DNA of 64,000 bases. It comes from an uncultured Candidatus Binatia bacterium. Its GTDB lineage: Bacteria > Desulfobacterota > Binatia > Bin18. The notes below the pieces were generated by a model that saw only the letters and a program-made list of their open reading frames with translations, made no database searches and was not told the DNA's origin. Shown piece after piece: positions 1 through 9,168 of the stretch; within the stretch, counting starts at the first letter, position 1, and the number at the start of each line of letters is the position of its first letter. The DNA lies in assembly GCA_965214605.1 (NCBI GenBank), contig OZ243961.1, forward strand, positions 3,232,001 to 3,296,000, read 5' to 3'. The position numbers were made by a program, and so were the translations under genes.

Positions 1-63
1 GCCTGCCATGGCCGGTCTAGGAGCAGGCCGAGGTATTTGAGGAGGCGGACGATGTGTCCCGCC

Positions 64-483
64 TCAGCTGGATCCATCAATATGGACCTTGCGATATGAG
101 AACAGCCACTGTCCCTGGTATTTGACCAGTCGGTCTTCATACTCTCCGGCCATGATCACCCGGCTGCCGCCCTCTTTGGTGGTTGAGGTCAGCAACAAGA
201 AACACTTCGAGCGGGCCGTCTCTCCGTCTACCTCGGTCAGGATATTGGTGACATAGTGGCGCAGTTTGGGGCTTTCGGCCGCGAGCCGTTTGACCTCGGT
301 GGTAAAGCGGTCGAGTTCCCTATGGGCGTCAAATTTGCCGATCACCCCGTCAAAGACGCCGTCCGGCGCAAAACAGTTGGCCCAGCTCTGGTAGTCGTCG
401 TGGTCAATAGCGAAATTATACCGCGCGATTAGCTCGGCGATAGCGGTTTTCTCCCGGTCGCGTTGTTCTTCGGTCATGGCCAT
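64..483 (-). CDS. SnoaL-like / NTF2 family protein
   Basis: 139 aa; pattern AIAELIARYNFAID...WANCFAPDG...RHYVTN...GEYEDRLVK..GQWLF; RBS AGGAGGA upstream. Confidence 0.85.
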   Translation of the reverse strand: MAMTEEQRDREKTAIAELIARYNFAIDHDDYQSWANCFAPDGVFDGVIGKFDAHRELDRFTTEVKRLAAESPKLRHYVTNILTEVDGETARSKCFLLLTSTTKEGGSRVIMAGEYEDRLVKYQGQWLFSYRKVHIDGSS

Positions 484-614
484 TTCCTCCTGAACTCGCG
501 GATCTCTGCCTCATGGGAGCGGTCATCACCGAGCACGGTCCTGCCCCCTTGTTCTTCTGCCAAACGCTGCGTATCGTAGATGCACAGCTGTAAGGCTTTG
601 TAAAGGGGGAAGAT

Positions 615-1844
615 ATGGGAGTGTATCAAAAAGAGCCAGACGTGTTGCCGCACGAGGTCGACATGAACGCCGACAGCGTGGCAAAACTGAGCGCCTTATT
701 CGGTCAAGCGGTCGAGTCCCAGGAGTTGTTCTGGGGGGCGCAACTGGCGCTCTTCCGCCACGGCAAGAAGGTGCTTGATCTCGGCGGGGGCTGGGCGCGG
801 GCAAGCGACCACAAGCCGGTCGAGCCGGAGACGATGTTTGTACTGTACTCCTCAACCAAGGGTCTGGCCGCACTGTGTATGCATATGCTGCGCGACCGGG
901 GGATGTTTGTGTATGACGATCTGGTCAGCACATATTGGCCCGAGTTCGCCCAGAACGGCAAGGAGCGGGCCACGATTACCCATATGCTGGGACATCGGAT
1001 CGGGAATACCGTTGGCCCGGACTGGTTGACCTATAAGCAGTGGGAAGATTTTGACCAATGTGCCAGGGCGATGGAGGAGTTGGCCCCGCGCTGGACGCCC
1101 GGCGAGGCCAATGGCTATCACCCCCTCAACTACGGTTTTATGATTAATGAGCTGATGCGGCGGACGGATGGGCGCGATTGCGGGACGTTCTTTCAGCAGG
1201 AAGTGGCCACTCCGCTCGGACTCAACAGCTTATTCATCGGTCTGCCGGAATCGGAAGAAGAGCGGGTCGCGTGCGTCTATGAGGCTCCGTCCGACCGGGA
1301 CTCTATCGTTGAGATGGCCAAACTCATGGGTTTTACCCCGGACGAGGAGTATTTTCGTTTTCAGCGCGACATCATGTTTGAAGAGGGGCTCGACCCCAAG
1401 GACCTGCCGTTTCCCGAGTGGGATAATATCTTTAACCGTCCCGAGGTACATCGGGTTGTGCTCGCCGGTGGGGGCGGTATTGCCGCGGCACGGGACATTG
1501 CCAAGGTGTACGCCATGCTCGCCCAGGGCGGAACCTGGGAGGGCAAACGCTTCTTGTCGCCAGAGACCCTGGAACAGAGCATTGTTCCGACGAGTGAGGC
1601 CGACGCAATTGATCGGTCTCTGCGCATTCCGGTGATCTATGGCTACGGCTGGATGCTCGGTCACCTTGCCCGTGGTGCCTCACTGCGCACCTTCGGCCAT
1701 CCGGGCAAAGGCGGCCAGACCTGCGTGGCCGATCTGGACCGGGGACTGTCGTTTGCCTTTCTGAACACCGGCCAGAAGGATTATGCCGAGTTTATGCAGT
1801 TTTCAAATGAGCTTTTATCCCTGGCCCTAGAGGCGTGTGACTAG
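615..1844 (+). CDS. Serine hydrolase, beta-lactamase class C / EstB-like family
   Basis: SxxK motif YSSTK, YHPLNYG, C-terminal FGHPGKGG. Confidence 0.9.
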   Translation: MGVYQKEPDVLPHEVDMNADSVAKLSALFGQAVESQELFWGAQLALFRHGKKVLDLGGGWARASDHKPVEPETMFVLYSSTKGLAALCMHMLRDRGMFVYDDLVSTYWPEFAQNGKERATITHMLGHRIGNTVGPDWLTYKQWEDFDQCARAMEELAPRWTPGEANGYHPLNYGFMINELMRRTDGRDCGTFFQQEVATPLGLNSLFIGLPESEEERVACVYEAPSDRDSIVEMAKLMGFTPDEEYFRFQRDIMFEEGLDPKDLPFPEWDNIFNRPEVHRVVLAGGGGIAAARDIAKVYAMLAQGGTWEGKRFLSPETLEQSIVPTSEADAIDRSLRIPVIYGYGWMLGHLARGASLRTFGHPGKGGQTCVADLDRGLSFAFLNTGQKDYAEFMQFSNELLSLALEACD

Positions 1845-1913
1845 TAATGGGGTTGATCCTCTACTGGATCGGGAGGATCAGGATCACCCACACGAGGGCC
1901 AGGGAGGTCTGCT

Positions 1914-3557
1914 ATGAAGTCTTTTGCGCTCGCGGTGTTGCTCACCAGCCTGTTGTTCGGTCTGTCTCGGGCGGCCGATCCGAACAGCACCGAACTCGCC
2001 CCTCCGCCCCTGTTTGATACGTTGGGAAGCTACCAGCACTCCATTACCACAACCTCTGAACTGGCCCAGCGCTATTTTAATCAAGGGCTGCGGCTGGTGT
2101 ACGGATTTAACCACGCCGAGGCACTGCGGGCCTTTCGACACGCAGCGCGGCTTGATCCGCGCTGCGCCATGGCCTACTGGGGGCTGGCTCTGGCCTTGGG
2201 CCCCAATATCAACGCGCCGATGAACGATCAGCGCGGCCGGGAGGCGTATGCCGCAATTCAGCAGGCGATTGTCCTGGCCCGACATGCCAGCCGGCACGAC
2301 CAGGCCTATATTGAAGCGCTGGCCACGCGCTATGTGGCCGAACCGGAAAGCGCCGATCGCGACGCCTTAAACCGCGCCTATGCCGAGGCCATGCGCAGCC
2401 TGTCCGAGCGCTATCCTGACGATCCCGACGCCCGGACCCTGTTTGCGGCCGCGCTGATGAATATCCGGCCGTGGGATTACTGGACACCCGACAGCCAGCC
2501 CAAAGCCAACACCCTGCAACTTGTGGCGGCTCTGGAGAGCGTTTTGGAGCGTTTTCCCGACCATATCGGGGCCATTCACTATTATATTCACGCGGTGGAA
2601 GCTTCCTCGCAGCCCGAGCGCGCTCTGCCGCATGCCCGCAGACTGGGCGTACTGAGTCCGGGCGCCGGCCATCTGGTCCATATGCCCTCACATATCTATA
2701 TGCGGCTGGGGCTCTACCATGACGCGGCGCTCAGCAATATTCGGGCGATCGAGACGGACGAAGCCTATATTGAGGCCGAATCTCCCCAGGGGATGTATCC
2801 GAACATGTACTATCCCCACAACATCGACTTTTTAGGGGCCGCACAGCAGATGGAAGGACGCAGCGCAGAAGCTATCGAAACGGCCCGTAAGTTGGCCGAG
2901 CGCGTGCCGGTCGAGCTAGCCCGCCAGATTCTCCCACTCGAAGCCTGGACCGCTGCGCCGCTGTGTGCGTTGGTCCGCTTCGGCAAATGGGAGGCGGTGC
3001 TCAAGGAGCCCCAGCCTCCCACAGACCTGCGCTATTTGACCGGGCTGTGGCACTATGCCCGAGCCCTGGCCTTTGCCGCCACTGACCGGCTGGCCGAGGC
3101 CAGAGCCGAGCAGACCGCCCTCGACTCGGTACGGATGACGTTTGAGGCTGGGCGGCAAATGATGGGCCGTAACTCGGCCACCGATCTGCTCACTATTGCT
3201 TCTCGGATCGTGGCCGGAGAACTGGCGGCCAAGACGGGGAAGACCGAAGAGGCGATTCGGCAGCTGCAAGAAGCGGTTGCCGACCAAGATCGGCTGCGCT
3301 ATAGCGAACCGCCGCCTTGGTATTATCCGGTCCGCCAATCGCTCGGGGCGGTGTTGCTTGACGCTGGTCGGCCGGCCGAGGCCGAGGTCGTCTACCGGGA
3401 GGATCTCCGACGCAATCCCGACAACGGTTGGTCGCTGTACGGGCTGGCTCAAAGCCTCCGCAACCAAGACAGAACCGTCGAGGCTAGGCGGGTCGAACAG
3501 GCGTTTCAGCAGGCCTGGGCGCAGGCCGATATTAAGCTGAGCGCGTCTCGATTCTAA
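1914..3557 (+). CDS. Secreted tetratricopeptide-repeat protein
   Basis: N-terminal signal peptide; TPR-like helices; HYYIH and GAGHLVHMPSHIY motifs; ends LSASRF. Confidence 0.8.
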   Translation: MKSFALAVLLTSLLFGLSRAADPNSTELAPPPLFDTLGSYQHSITTTSELAQRYFNQGLRLVYGFNHAEALRAFRHAARLDPRCAMAYWGLALALGPNINAPMNDQRGREAYAAIQQAIVLARHASRHDQAYIEALATRYVAEPESADRDALNRAYAEAMRSLSERYPDDPDARTLFAAALMNIRPWDYWTPDSQPKANTLQLVAALESVLERFPDHIGAIHYYIHAVEASSQPERALPHARRLGVLSPGAGHLVHMPSHIYMRLGLYHDAALSNIRAIETDEAYIEAESPQGMYPNMYYPHNIDFLGAAQQMEGRSAEAIETARKLAERVPVELARQILPLEAWTAAPLCALVRFGKWEAVLKEPQPPTDLRYLTGLWHYARALAFAATDRLAEARAEQTALDSVRMTFEAGRQMMGRNSATDLLTIASRIVAGELAAKTGKTEEAIRQLQEAVADQDRLRYSEPPPWYYPVRQSLGAVLLDAGRPAEAEVVYREDLRRNPDNGWSLYGLAQSLRNQDRTVEARRVEQAFQQAWAQADIKLSASRF

Positions 3558-3582
3558 GCCCGGCGGCACACAGGAGCACGGT

Positions 3583-4173
3583 ATGCCAAGCACTCTTCTC
3601 GGGATTTCCGGTAGTCTCACGTCCGGCGGCAGTACCCGCGCCCTTGTTGACCAGGTGCTGCGGGCGGCCAAAGGATCTTCTCCTGATATGACCACCACGG
3701 TGGTCGATCTGCGGGACGTCACGCTGTCTTTTTGTGACGGCCGACCCCTGGACGATTATCCGGACGACACCCCGCAGGTGGTCGAACGGATTCAGGCTGC
3801 GGACGCGTATGTGATCGGCACGCCGATTTATCGTGGCTCGTATACCGGGGCACTGAAAAATCTGCTCGATCACATTCCGGTCGAGGCGTTGATGGGCAAG
3901 GTCGCCGGCCTCGTCGGCAACGCTGCCTCTGATCATCACTATCTGAGCATTGACCAAGAGCTGCGTCCGGTCCTGATGTGGTTTAATATGCATCTCGTGC
4001 CGGGCAGCGTCTATGTACGCAGCAATCAGATGCAGGGCAAACAGATTATCGATGAACGTGTTCAAGAACACCTGCGTCAGCTCGGTCAAGCCGTCGTCAG
4101 CCTCCACCGCGGCGTGGCGGTCGCCGCCGGGGGCCCACCGCCGCTGAGCCGGTGGGCAGGCCGACGCGGATAG
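3583..4173 (+). CDS. NAD(P)H-dependent FMN reductase (SsuE/MsuE-like)
   Basis: GISGSLTSGGST and GTPIYRGSYTGALKNLLD flavodoxin-like motifs. Confidence 0.9.
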   Translation: MPSTLLGISGSLTSGGSTRALVDQVLRAAKGSSPDMTTTVVDLRDVTLSFCDGRPLDDYPDDTPQVVERIQAADAYVIGTPIYRGSYTGALKNLLDHIPVEALMGKVAGLVGNAASDHHYLSIDQELRPVLMWFNMHLVPGSVYVRSNQMQGKQIIDERVQEHLRQLGQAVVSLHRGVAVAAGGPPPLSRWAGRRG

Positions 4174-4207
4174 ACCCTAGCTGAACGACAGCAAAGGAGG
4201 AATCCGT

Positions 4208-5233
4208 ATGCGTTTTGTCATCTTTGGTGCCGGAGCGGTCGGCAGCGTGATCGGGGCTCACCTGAGCCAGTCTGGGGCCGATGTGTTACTCATCGGCGAC
4301 GGGCCGCACGTGGACAAAATCAGGTCTGACGGACTAAAGCTGTTTGGTCGCTACGGTGAGTTTGTCTCCCATCCAGCCGCCTGCTGCACTCTCGACGAGT
4401 GGGACTGCACCCCCGATGACGTCGTTTTCTTAGCCGTGAAAACCTACGATACCCCGGTGGCGCTCGAACAGCTAGCGGCCAAAGTTCCGGCCGAGACCCC
4501 CATTTTTTGCTTCCAGAACACGATGAGTAATGAGGAAATGGCAGCCGAGCAGTTTAGCCGGGTGTACGGGGTCGCACTGCATCTGGGCGCCCGGTATGTC
4601 TTCCCTGGCGAGGTCAGCCACCTAGGCGGCAATACGCTAGTGGTCGGACGTTATCCCGAGGGACAGGATGAGACGGCCGGGACGGTTGTTGCCGCCCTGA
4701 ACAGTGCTGGCCGAGAAGCCATTCTGACCGACACCATCGTTCCCTATAAGTGGGCCAAATTCTGTGTCAATCTGCTCAACAGCCCGCTGGCTATTCTGGG
4801 CCTGTCCGGGGCTGAGGCCATGAATAACCTCGACACGCGCCTCTTCCTGGCCGAGGTCTTTGACGAGGCTCACCAGGTCTTGTCAAAAGCCGAGACCCCA
4901 ATGCAGATTCTGCCCGGCGACCGTCCGCTCCCGCAGATGGTCGAGTGGCTGCGGGGCGAGTATACGCCCAAGTCACTGCCCGACCGTAGCCAGCAGGTAT
5001 TCCCGTCCATGTGGCAGGATATCTACTGCCGCCGCGGCCGGACCGAGGCGCGCTACTTAAACGGCCGGATCGCCGCCCTGGGTCAGCAGCTTTCGATCAA
5101 CACGCCGATCAACGCCCTGCTGCCCGGCGTTGTTGACGGCATGGCCGAACGCCGGGAGCTGCCCGGAACCTACGCCTTGTCGGATTTGTACCGAATGTTG
5201 GGGCGCGAAATTCAAGACAGGAGGAGCATATGA
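4208..5233 (+). CDS. Ketopantoate reductase (PanE/ApbA) family protein
   Basis: GAGAVG Rossmann motif, LAVKTYD, FQN, KWAKFCVN, SMWQD...TE..YLNG. Confidence 0.85.
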   Translation: MRFVIFGAGAVGSVIGAHLSQSGADVLLIGDGPHVDKIRSDGLKLFGRYGEFVSHPAACCTLDEWDCTPDDVVFLAVKTYDTPVALEQLAAKVPAETPIFCFQNTMSNEEMAAEQFSRVYGVALHLGARYVFPGEVSHLGGNTLVVGRYPEGQDETAGTVVAALNSAGREAILTDTIVPYKWAKFCVNLLNSPLAILGLSGAEAMNNLDTRLFLAEVFDEAHQVLSKAETPMQILPGDRPLPQMVEWLRGEYTPKSLPDRSQQVFPSMWQDIYCRRGRTEARYLNGRIAALGQQLSINTPINALLPGVVDGMAERRELPGTYALSDLYRMLGREIQDRRSI

Positions 5234-6282
5234 AACTGCTGGCCTTTATGGGTGTTGGCAAAATTGGCATTGTGGAAAAGCCGATTCCCGAACCTGGTCC
5301 AAATGACGCGGTTATTAAAACGACCGGCTCGTTGATCTGTACCTCGGACGTTCATAATGTGCGGGGGACGATTCCCTTGCCCGAAGGCCGCGGTCTGGGG
5401 CACGAGAGCGTTGGCACGGTCTACAAACTCGGCACTCAAGTGCGTCAACATAAAGAGGGCGATCGGGTGGCGGTCAGCGCGATTACGCCGTGCGGATGCT
5501 GTCAGCACTGCCAGCGAGGCTTTACCTCACAGTGTGGCGGGATGCTGGGCGGCTATAAATTCACCAATGCCCGCGACGGCAATCTGGCCGAGTACTTCCT
5601 GGTTAACGACGCCGACTATAATCTGGCCCCTATTCCGGACACGCTCAGCGACGAGCAAGCCCTGTACACCACGGATATGATGTCAACCGGCCTTGCCGGA
5701 GCTGAGCACGCCAACATCCCGGTCGGTGGTACAGTCGCCGTGTTTGCCCAGGGCCCGGTCGGACTATGCGCAACCGCAGCTTCGCGCTTGGTCGGAGCCG
5801 GGCTGGTGATAGCGGTCGAGTCCAAACCCGACCGCCAGGAGCTGTCCAAACGCATGGGGGCGGATATTGTTGTCGATCCCGGTCAAGGCGATGCAGTTGA
5901 ACAGATCATGGACCTGACCGAGGGAGTGGGGGTGGACTCGGCCATTGAGGCTGTCGGACTGCCGGTAACTTTTGAGAACTGCATTAAGGCGACCAAACCG
6001 GGCGGGGTGATCTCAAACATCGGCTACCACGGTGAGGCGGGTGACTCGCTGCGCATCCCCTTGCCCGAGTTCGGTCTCGGCATGAGCGATAAAACGATTC
6101 GGACCGCTCTGTGTCCGGGTGGCCGAGAGGTCACGAGCCGTTTGCTGCGTCTGCTGGAGACCGGTCGGATCAATCCGACCCTGTTGACCACCCACCGGTT
6201 TCCGTTTGCCGAGATCGAGACCGCTTTCCACATGATGGAAGTCAAGGCTGATAACATCATCAAGCCGCTGATTACCTTCTAG
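5230..6282 (+). CDS. Zn-dependent NAD(P) alcohol dehydrogenase (MDR family)
   Basis: CTSDVH, GHESVG, CGCCQHC...C zinc ligands, AQGPVG; start overlaps upstream stop (ATGA). Confidence 0.9.
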   Translation: MKLLAFMGVGKIGIVEKPIPEPGPNDAVIKTTGSLICTSDVHNVRGTIPLPEGRGLGHESVGTVYKLGTQVRQHKEGDRVAVSAITPCGCCQHCQRGFTSQCGGMLGGYKFTNARDGNLAEYFLVNDADYNLAPIPDTLSDEQALYTTDMMSTGLAGAEHANIPVGGTVAVFAQGPVGLCATAASRLVGAGLVIAVESKPDRQELSKRMGADIVVDPGQGDAVEQIMDLTEGVGVDSAIEAVGLPVTFENCIKATKPGGVISNIGYHGEAGDSLRIPLPEFGLGMSDKTIRTALCPGGREVTSRLLRLLETGRINPTLLTTHRFPFAEIETAFHMMEVKADNIIKPLITF

Positions 6283-6870
6283 ATGGCTGTCGTGTGTGTT
6301 GACCGCAAGCGCCCGTTTCTGGGCTGTGTGGTCTGTCTCGTGTGTCTGTTGACGACCGCAGCCCATGGTGAAGAGCGGCTGGAGGATGGCCTGACCCTGT
6401 TCGAGCAGCGCCGCTGGACCGAAGCTCAGCGGTTTTTTTTCGACCTGCTGAGCCGCCGCCCGACTGATGCACGGGCGCACTTTTACCTGGGACGGATCGC
6501 GTTTAGCCAACAAGACTATGACAGTGCGGTAGCCCGGTTCGAGACCGCGATCGGGCTCCAGAAACACAACGCTCGCTTCCACCTATGGCTCGGCCGCGCC
6601 TACGGCCGTCAGGCCCAGCACGCCTTTGTGTGGCAGCAGTTCTGGTTGGCCCGAAAAGCGTGCCGCCAGTTTGAAATCGCGGTGGCGCTCGACCCGGACA
6701 GTGTCATCGCGCGCTGGGATCTGATGGAGTACTATCTGAAAGCGCCCGGTTTCCTAGGCGGCGGCCGGGACAAGGCCGAAAGACAGGCCCGCGAGATACA
6801 GCGGCGTGATGCTGCTGAGGGAAAAAAAGCTTGGCGACTTATTAATGAGGCCGAATCCCGGTCCGAATAG
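6283..6870 (+). CDS. Exported TPR protein
   Basis: Hydrophobic N-terminus; TPR motifs AHFYLGRIAF and FHLWLGRAYG; YYLKAPGFLGGG. Confidence 0.75.
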   Translation: MAVVCVDRKRPFLGCVVCLVCLLTTAAHGEERLEDGLTLFEQRRWTEAQRFFFDLLSRRPTDARAHFYLGRIAFSQQDYDSAVARFETAIGLQKHNARFHLWLGRAYGRQAQHAFVWQQFWLARKACRQFEIAVALDPDSVIARWDLMEYYLKAPGFLGGGRDKAERQAREIQRRDAAEGKKAWRLINEAESRSE

Positions 6871-6913
6871 GGCGTACACAGCACTGGCTAGGGCTGCTCC
6901 GCTGCTGTCCGCC

Positions 6914-7177
6914 TCAGGCGGACTTCGTGCGTCGCATGGGCGCATTGATCACCATCTCGGCCGGATTGTTCTCGTGGATAAAGTCGATGCGGACATTAGA
7001 GGAGTCAACCGGAAGATGGCGACTGATGGTAGTCAGAATATCTTGGTGCAGAGCCTGCATCTGTTCGGGCGACAGACCTAAGCGGTCGGAGACCAGAACG
7101 GTCAGCAAGCGGTGTTTCGCCTGCTCCTTGCTCTCGTTGTTGCCCCAAAAGCGCTGAACGAGCTTGCCTAAGGCCAT
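6914..7177 (-). CDS. minE: Cell division topological specificity factor MinE
   Basis: SKEQAKHRLLTVLVSDR motif; downstream of minD. Confidence 0.92.
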   Translation of the reverse strand: MALGKLVQRFWGNNESKEQAKHRLLTVLVSDRLGLSPEQMQALHQDILTTISRHLPVDSSNVRIDFIHENNPAEMVINAPMRRTKSA

Positions 7178-7180
7178 GGA

Positions 7181-7978
7181 TCATCTCCTAAAGAAAAATT
7201 TCCCGAGGCGCTGCATCATCCCTTGACGTCCATTTAGCTCTGGAATAGGCACGTTTTCGCCGAGGAGGCGTCTCACGATACGGTTGTACGCTTGTCCCGA
7301 CCCGGCGTGCTCATTGAGAACGACGGGCGTCCCTCTGTTGCCGGCGATCACGACTTCTTCGTCTTCGGGCACAATACCCAACAGATGGATAGCCAGAATA
7401 TCCAACACATCCTGTTGGTCAAGCATATCCCCCCGCTTGACCATCTCTGAGGACATGCGGTTGATGATCAACTGTAGGTTGTCGTCTAGTTCGTTTTGTA
7501 ACAGTCCAATAACCCGGTCGGCGTCGCGGATCGGCGAGACTTCCGGGGTGGTGATGACAATCGCCTCGTCGGCTCCGGCAACCGCATTCCAAAAGCCCTG
7601 CTCGATACCGGCCGGACAGTCAATCAGAATAAAGTCGAAATTTTCTTTGAGTTGGCCGACTAGTTCCCGCATCTGGTCGGGGTTGACGGCATCTTTCTTA
7701 TCGATCTGGGAGGCTGGCAGCAGGCTGAGCTCGGGCACGCGCTTGTCCTTTACCAGTGCTTGGTGTAGTTTACACCGCCCGCACACCACATCGACCAAGT
7801 TGTAGACAATCCGATTCTCCAAGCCGAGGATGATATCAAGATTGCGCAGCCCGATGTCTCCGTCAATCAGCACGACTTTGCGGCCGTGCTTGGCTAGACC
7901 AATACCGATACTGGCCGTAGCGGTCGTTTTTCCCACCCCACCCTTGCCTGAGGTCATGACAATAACTCGTCCGCTCAT
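7181..7978 (-). CDS. minD: Septum site-determining ATPase MinD
   Basis: SGKGGVGKTT, DIGLRNLD, DCPAGIEQGF, C-terminal amphipathic MQRLGKFFFRR; start re-called to ATG 7978. Confidence 0.96.
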   Translation of the reverse strand: MSGRVIVMTSGKGGVGKTTATASIGIGLAKHGRKVVLIDGDIGLRNLDIILGLENRIVYNLVDVVCGRCKLHQALVKDKRVPELSLLPASQIDKKDAVNPDQMRELVGQLKENFDFILIDCPAGIEQGFWNAVAGADEAIVITTPEVSPIRDADRVIGLLQNELDDNLQLIINRMSSEMVKRGDMLDQQDVLDILAIHLLGIVPEDEEVVIAGNRGTPVVLNEHAGSGQAYNRIVRRLLGENVPIPELNGRQGMMQRLGKFFFRR

Positions 7979-7991
7979 GACACACAGCCTC

Positions 7992-8696
7992 CTATAGCTT
8001 CCCCTGATGCGGGACAATCACAATTTGTTCGTAATCGATATAAGCCACTTCCGGCTGCTGGACGCGCCGTCGCTGCTTGAGGAGGTTGTCCTCTGCACGG
8101 GCAATGAGCGGTCCGATCCGGAGCTGGAGCGGAGTCAGATTCAGTGCGATGACGACCGCAGTCTTATTATCAGGATAACCGGCGTGGACCATGCCCCGGA
8201 CCGTTCCGAAAACGATCACATCCCCGCCAGCCAGAATTTCGGCCCCCTGGTTTATGTCACCGACCAGAACGACATCGCCGTCAAAGGTCTGTTTCTGGCC
8301 GGAACGCAGGTTACGTCGTAAATACAGGGCATTTCCGCCTGGCGTGGTTCGCTCATTCCGTTGGGTGTTCGGGGTGAGCGGCGGCAGGCTCTCGCGGACC
8401 GGCAGGCCCTCCCTGTACAGGATTTCGCGACTCTCCTGGAGTGTGGCCACCGCGTAACGCGGCAACAGCCCTTCACGTAAAAGGAGTTCTTTTAAACGAT
8501 CCCAGTCCTGTTTCTGAATGAGACGGCTACCAAAGTGCAAAATGACCGGCGAATCGCTAAAGAATCCGTTTGCCCGCGACAACTCTTCCTCGGCCGCGCT
8601 GAGGACTTCCACAAACTCGACTTGGTCATTAAATAGAAAAGTCGGTCCACTCTTCAGACCCTTAATACTGAAGAGCGGCGCACCTGCCCCAGACAC
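7992..8696 (-). CDS. minC: Septum site-determining protein MinC
   Basis: LRSGQ, GDINQGAEILAGGDVIVFGTVRGMVHAG, PLQLRIG; GTG start. Confidence 0.93.
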   Translation of the reverse strand: MSGAGAPLFSIKGLKSGPTFLFNDQVEFVEVLSAAEEELSRANGFFSDSPVILHFGSRLIQKQDWDRLKELLLREGLLPRYAVATLQESREILYREGLPVRESLPPLTPNTQRNERTTPGGNALYLRRNLRSGQKQTFDGDVVLVGDINQGAEILAGGDVIVFGTVRGMVHAGYPDNKTAVVIALNLTPLQLRIGPLIARAEDNLLKQRRRVQQPEVAYIDYEQIVIVPHQGKL

Positions 8697-8937
8697 ACCT
8701 GCCTCCCTCCAACCGGTCTTTTCTCCAATCCGCCTTGCCCGTCTTCGAAGTGGGGCCTTGCGGCATGCAGTGAAATAAGAATTGACAATAGCAAAAAAAC
8801 TGCTCCTCTACAACATCTCGTGGTTTCCCCCCCAGTCTGCTTCCGATCCAGTGGTCGGCCGGTCCGAGCCCCTTGCAGGCTGAGTACCAGTACGCTATAG
8901 AAACGATCCCTAAGGAGCTGACCCTGAGGTAAGGAAT

Positions 8938-9048
8938 ATGCATCGAGAGCGCGACAAAGAAATTCGACGTCGTCGCCAGCGTCGGGCCAAGGCCCGTAAG
9001 CGCCGAATTAAAGAGCTGAAACAGCAGGCGACCAAAGAAAAAGCCTGA
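8938..9048 (+). CDS. 36-aa Arg/Lys-rich small protein (not in the ORF track)
   Basis: Hand translation MHRERDKEIRRRRQRRAKARKRRIKELKQQATKEKA*; RBS-like GAGGTAAGGA just upstream; hairpin at the stop. Confidence 0.7.
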   Translation: MHRERDKEIRRRRQRRAKARKRRIKELKQQATKEKA

Positions 9049-9068
9049 GCTTTTACCGGACTCAGGCT
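9042..9068. terminator. Intrinsic terminator-like hairpin, possibly bidirectional
   Basis: AGCCTGAG (9042-9049) / CTCAGGCT (9061-9068); pyrimidine tail on +, UUUUUCUUU tail on -. Confidence 0.65.
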
Positions 9069-9168
9069 CTCTTCCTTCTTTCTCATTCTCTGCTCCCTCC
9101 AAGCGTTCATGAAATCGATCTTAATCCGATAGTCCGACCGGCTGGGTGCCCTTGCTGCTTCCCCGTCC

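Noticed and set aside
8782-8815. TTGACA -35 box upstream of the small basic ORF
   Set aside because: No convincing -10 hexamer at 16-18 bp spacing
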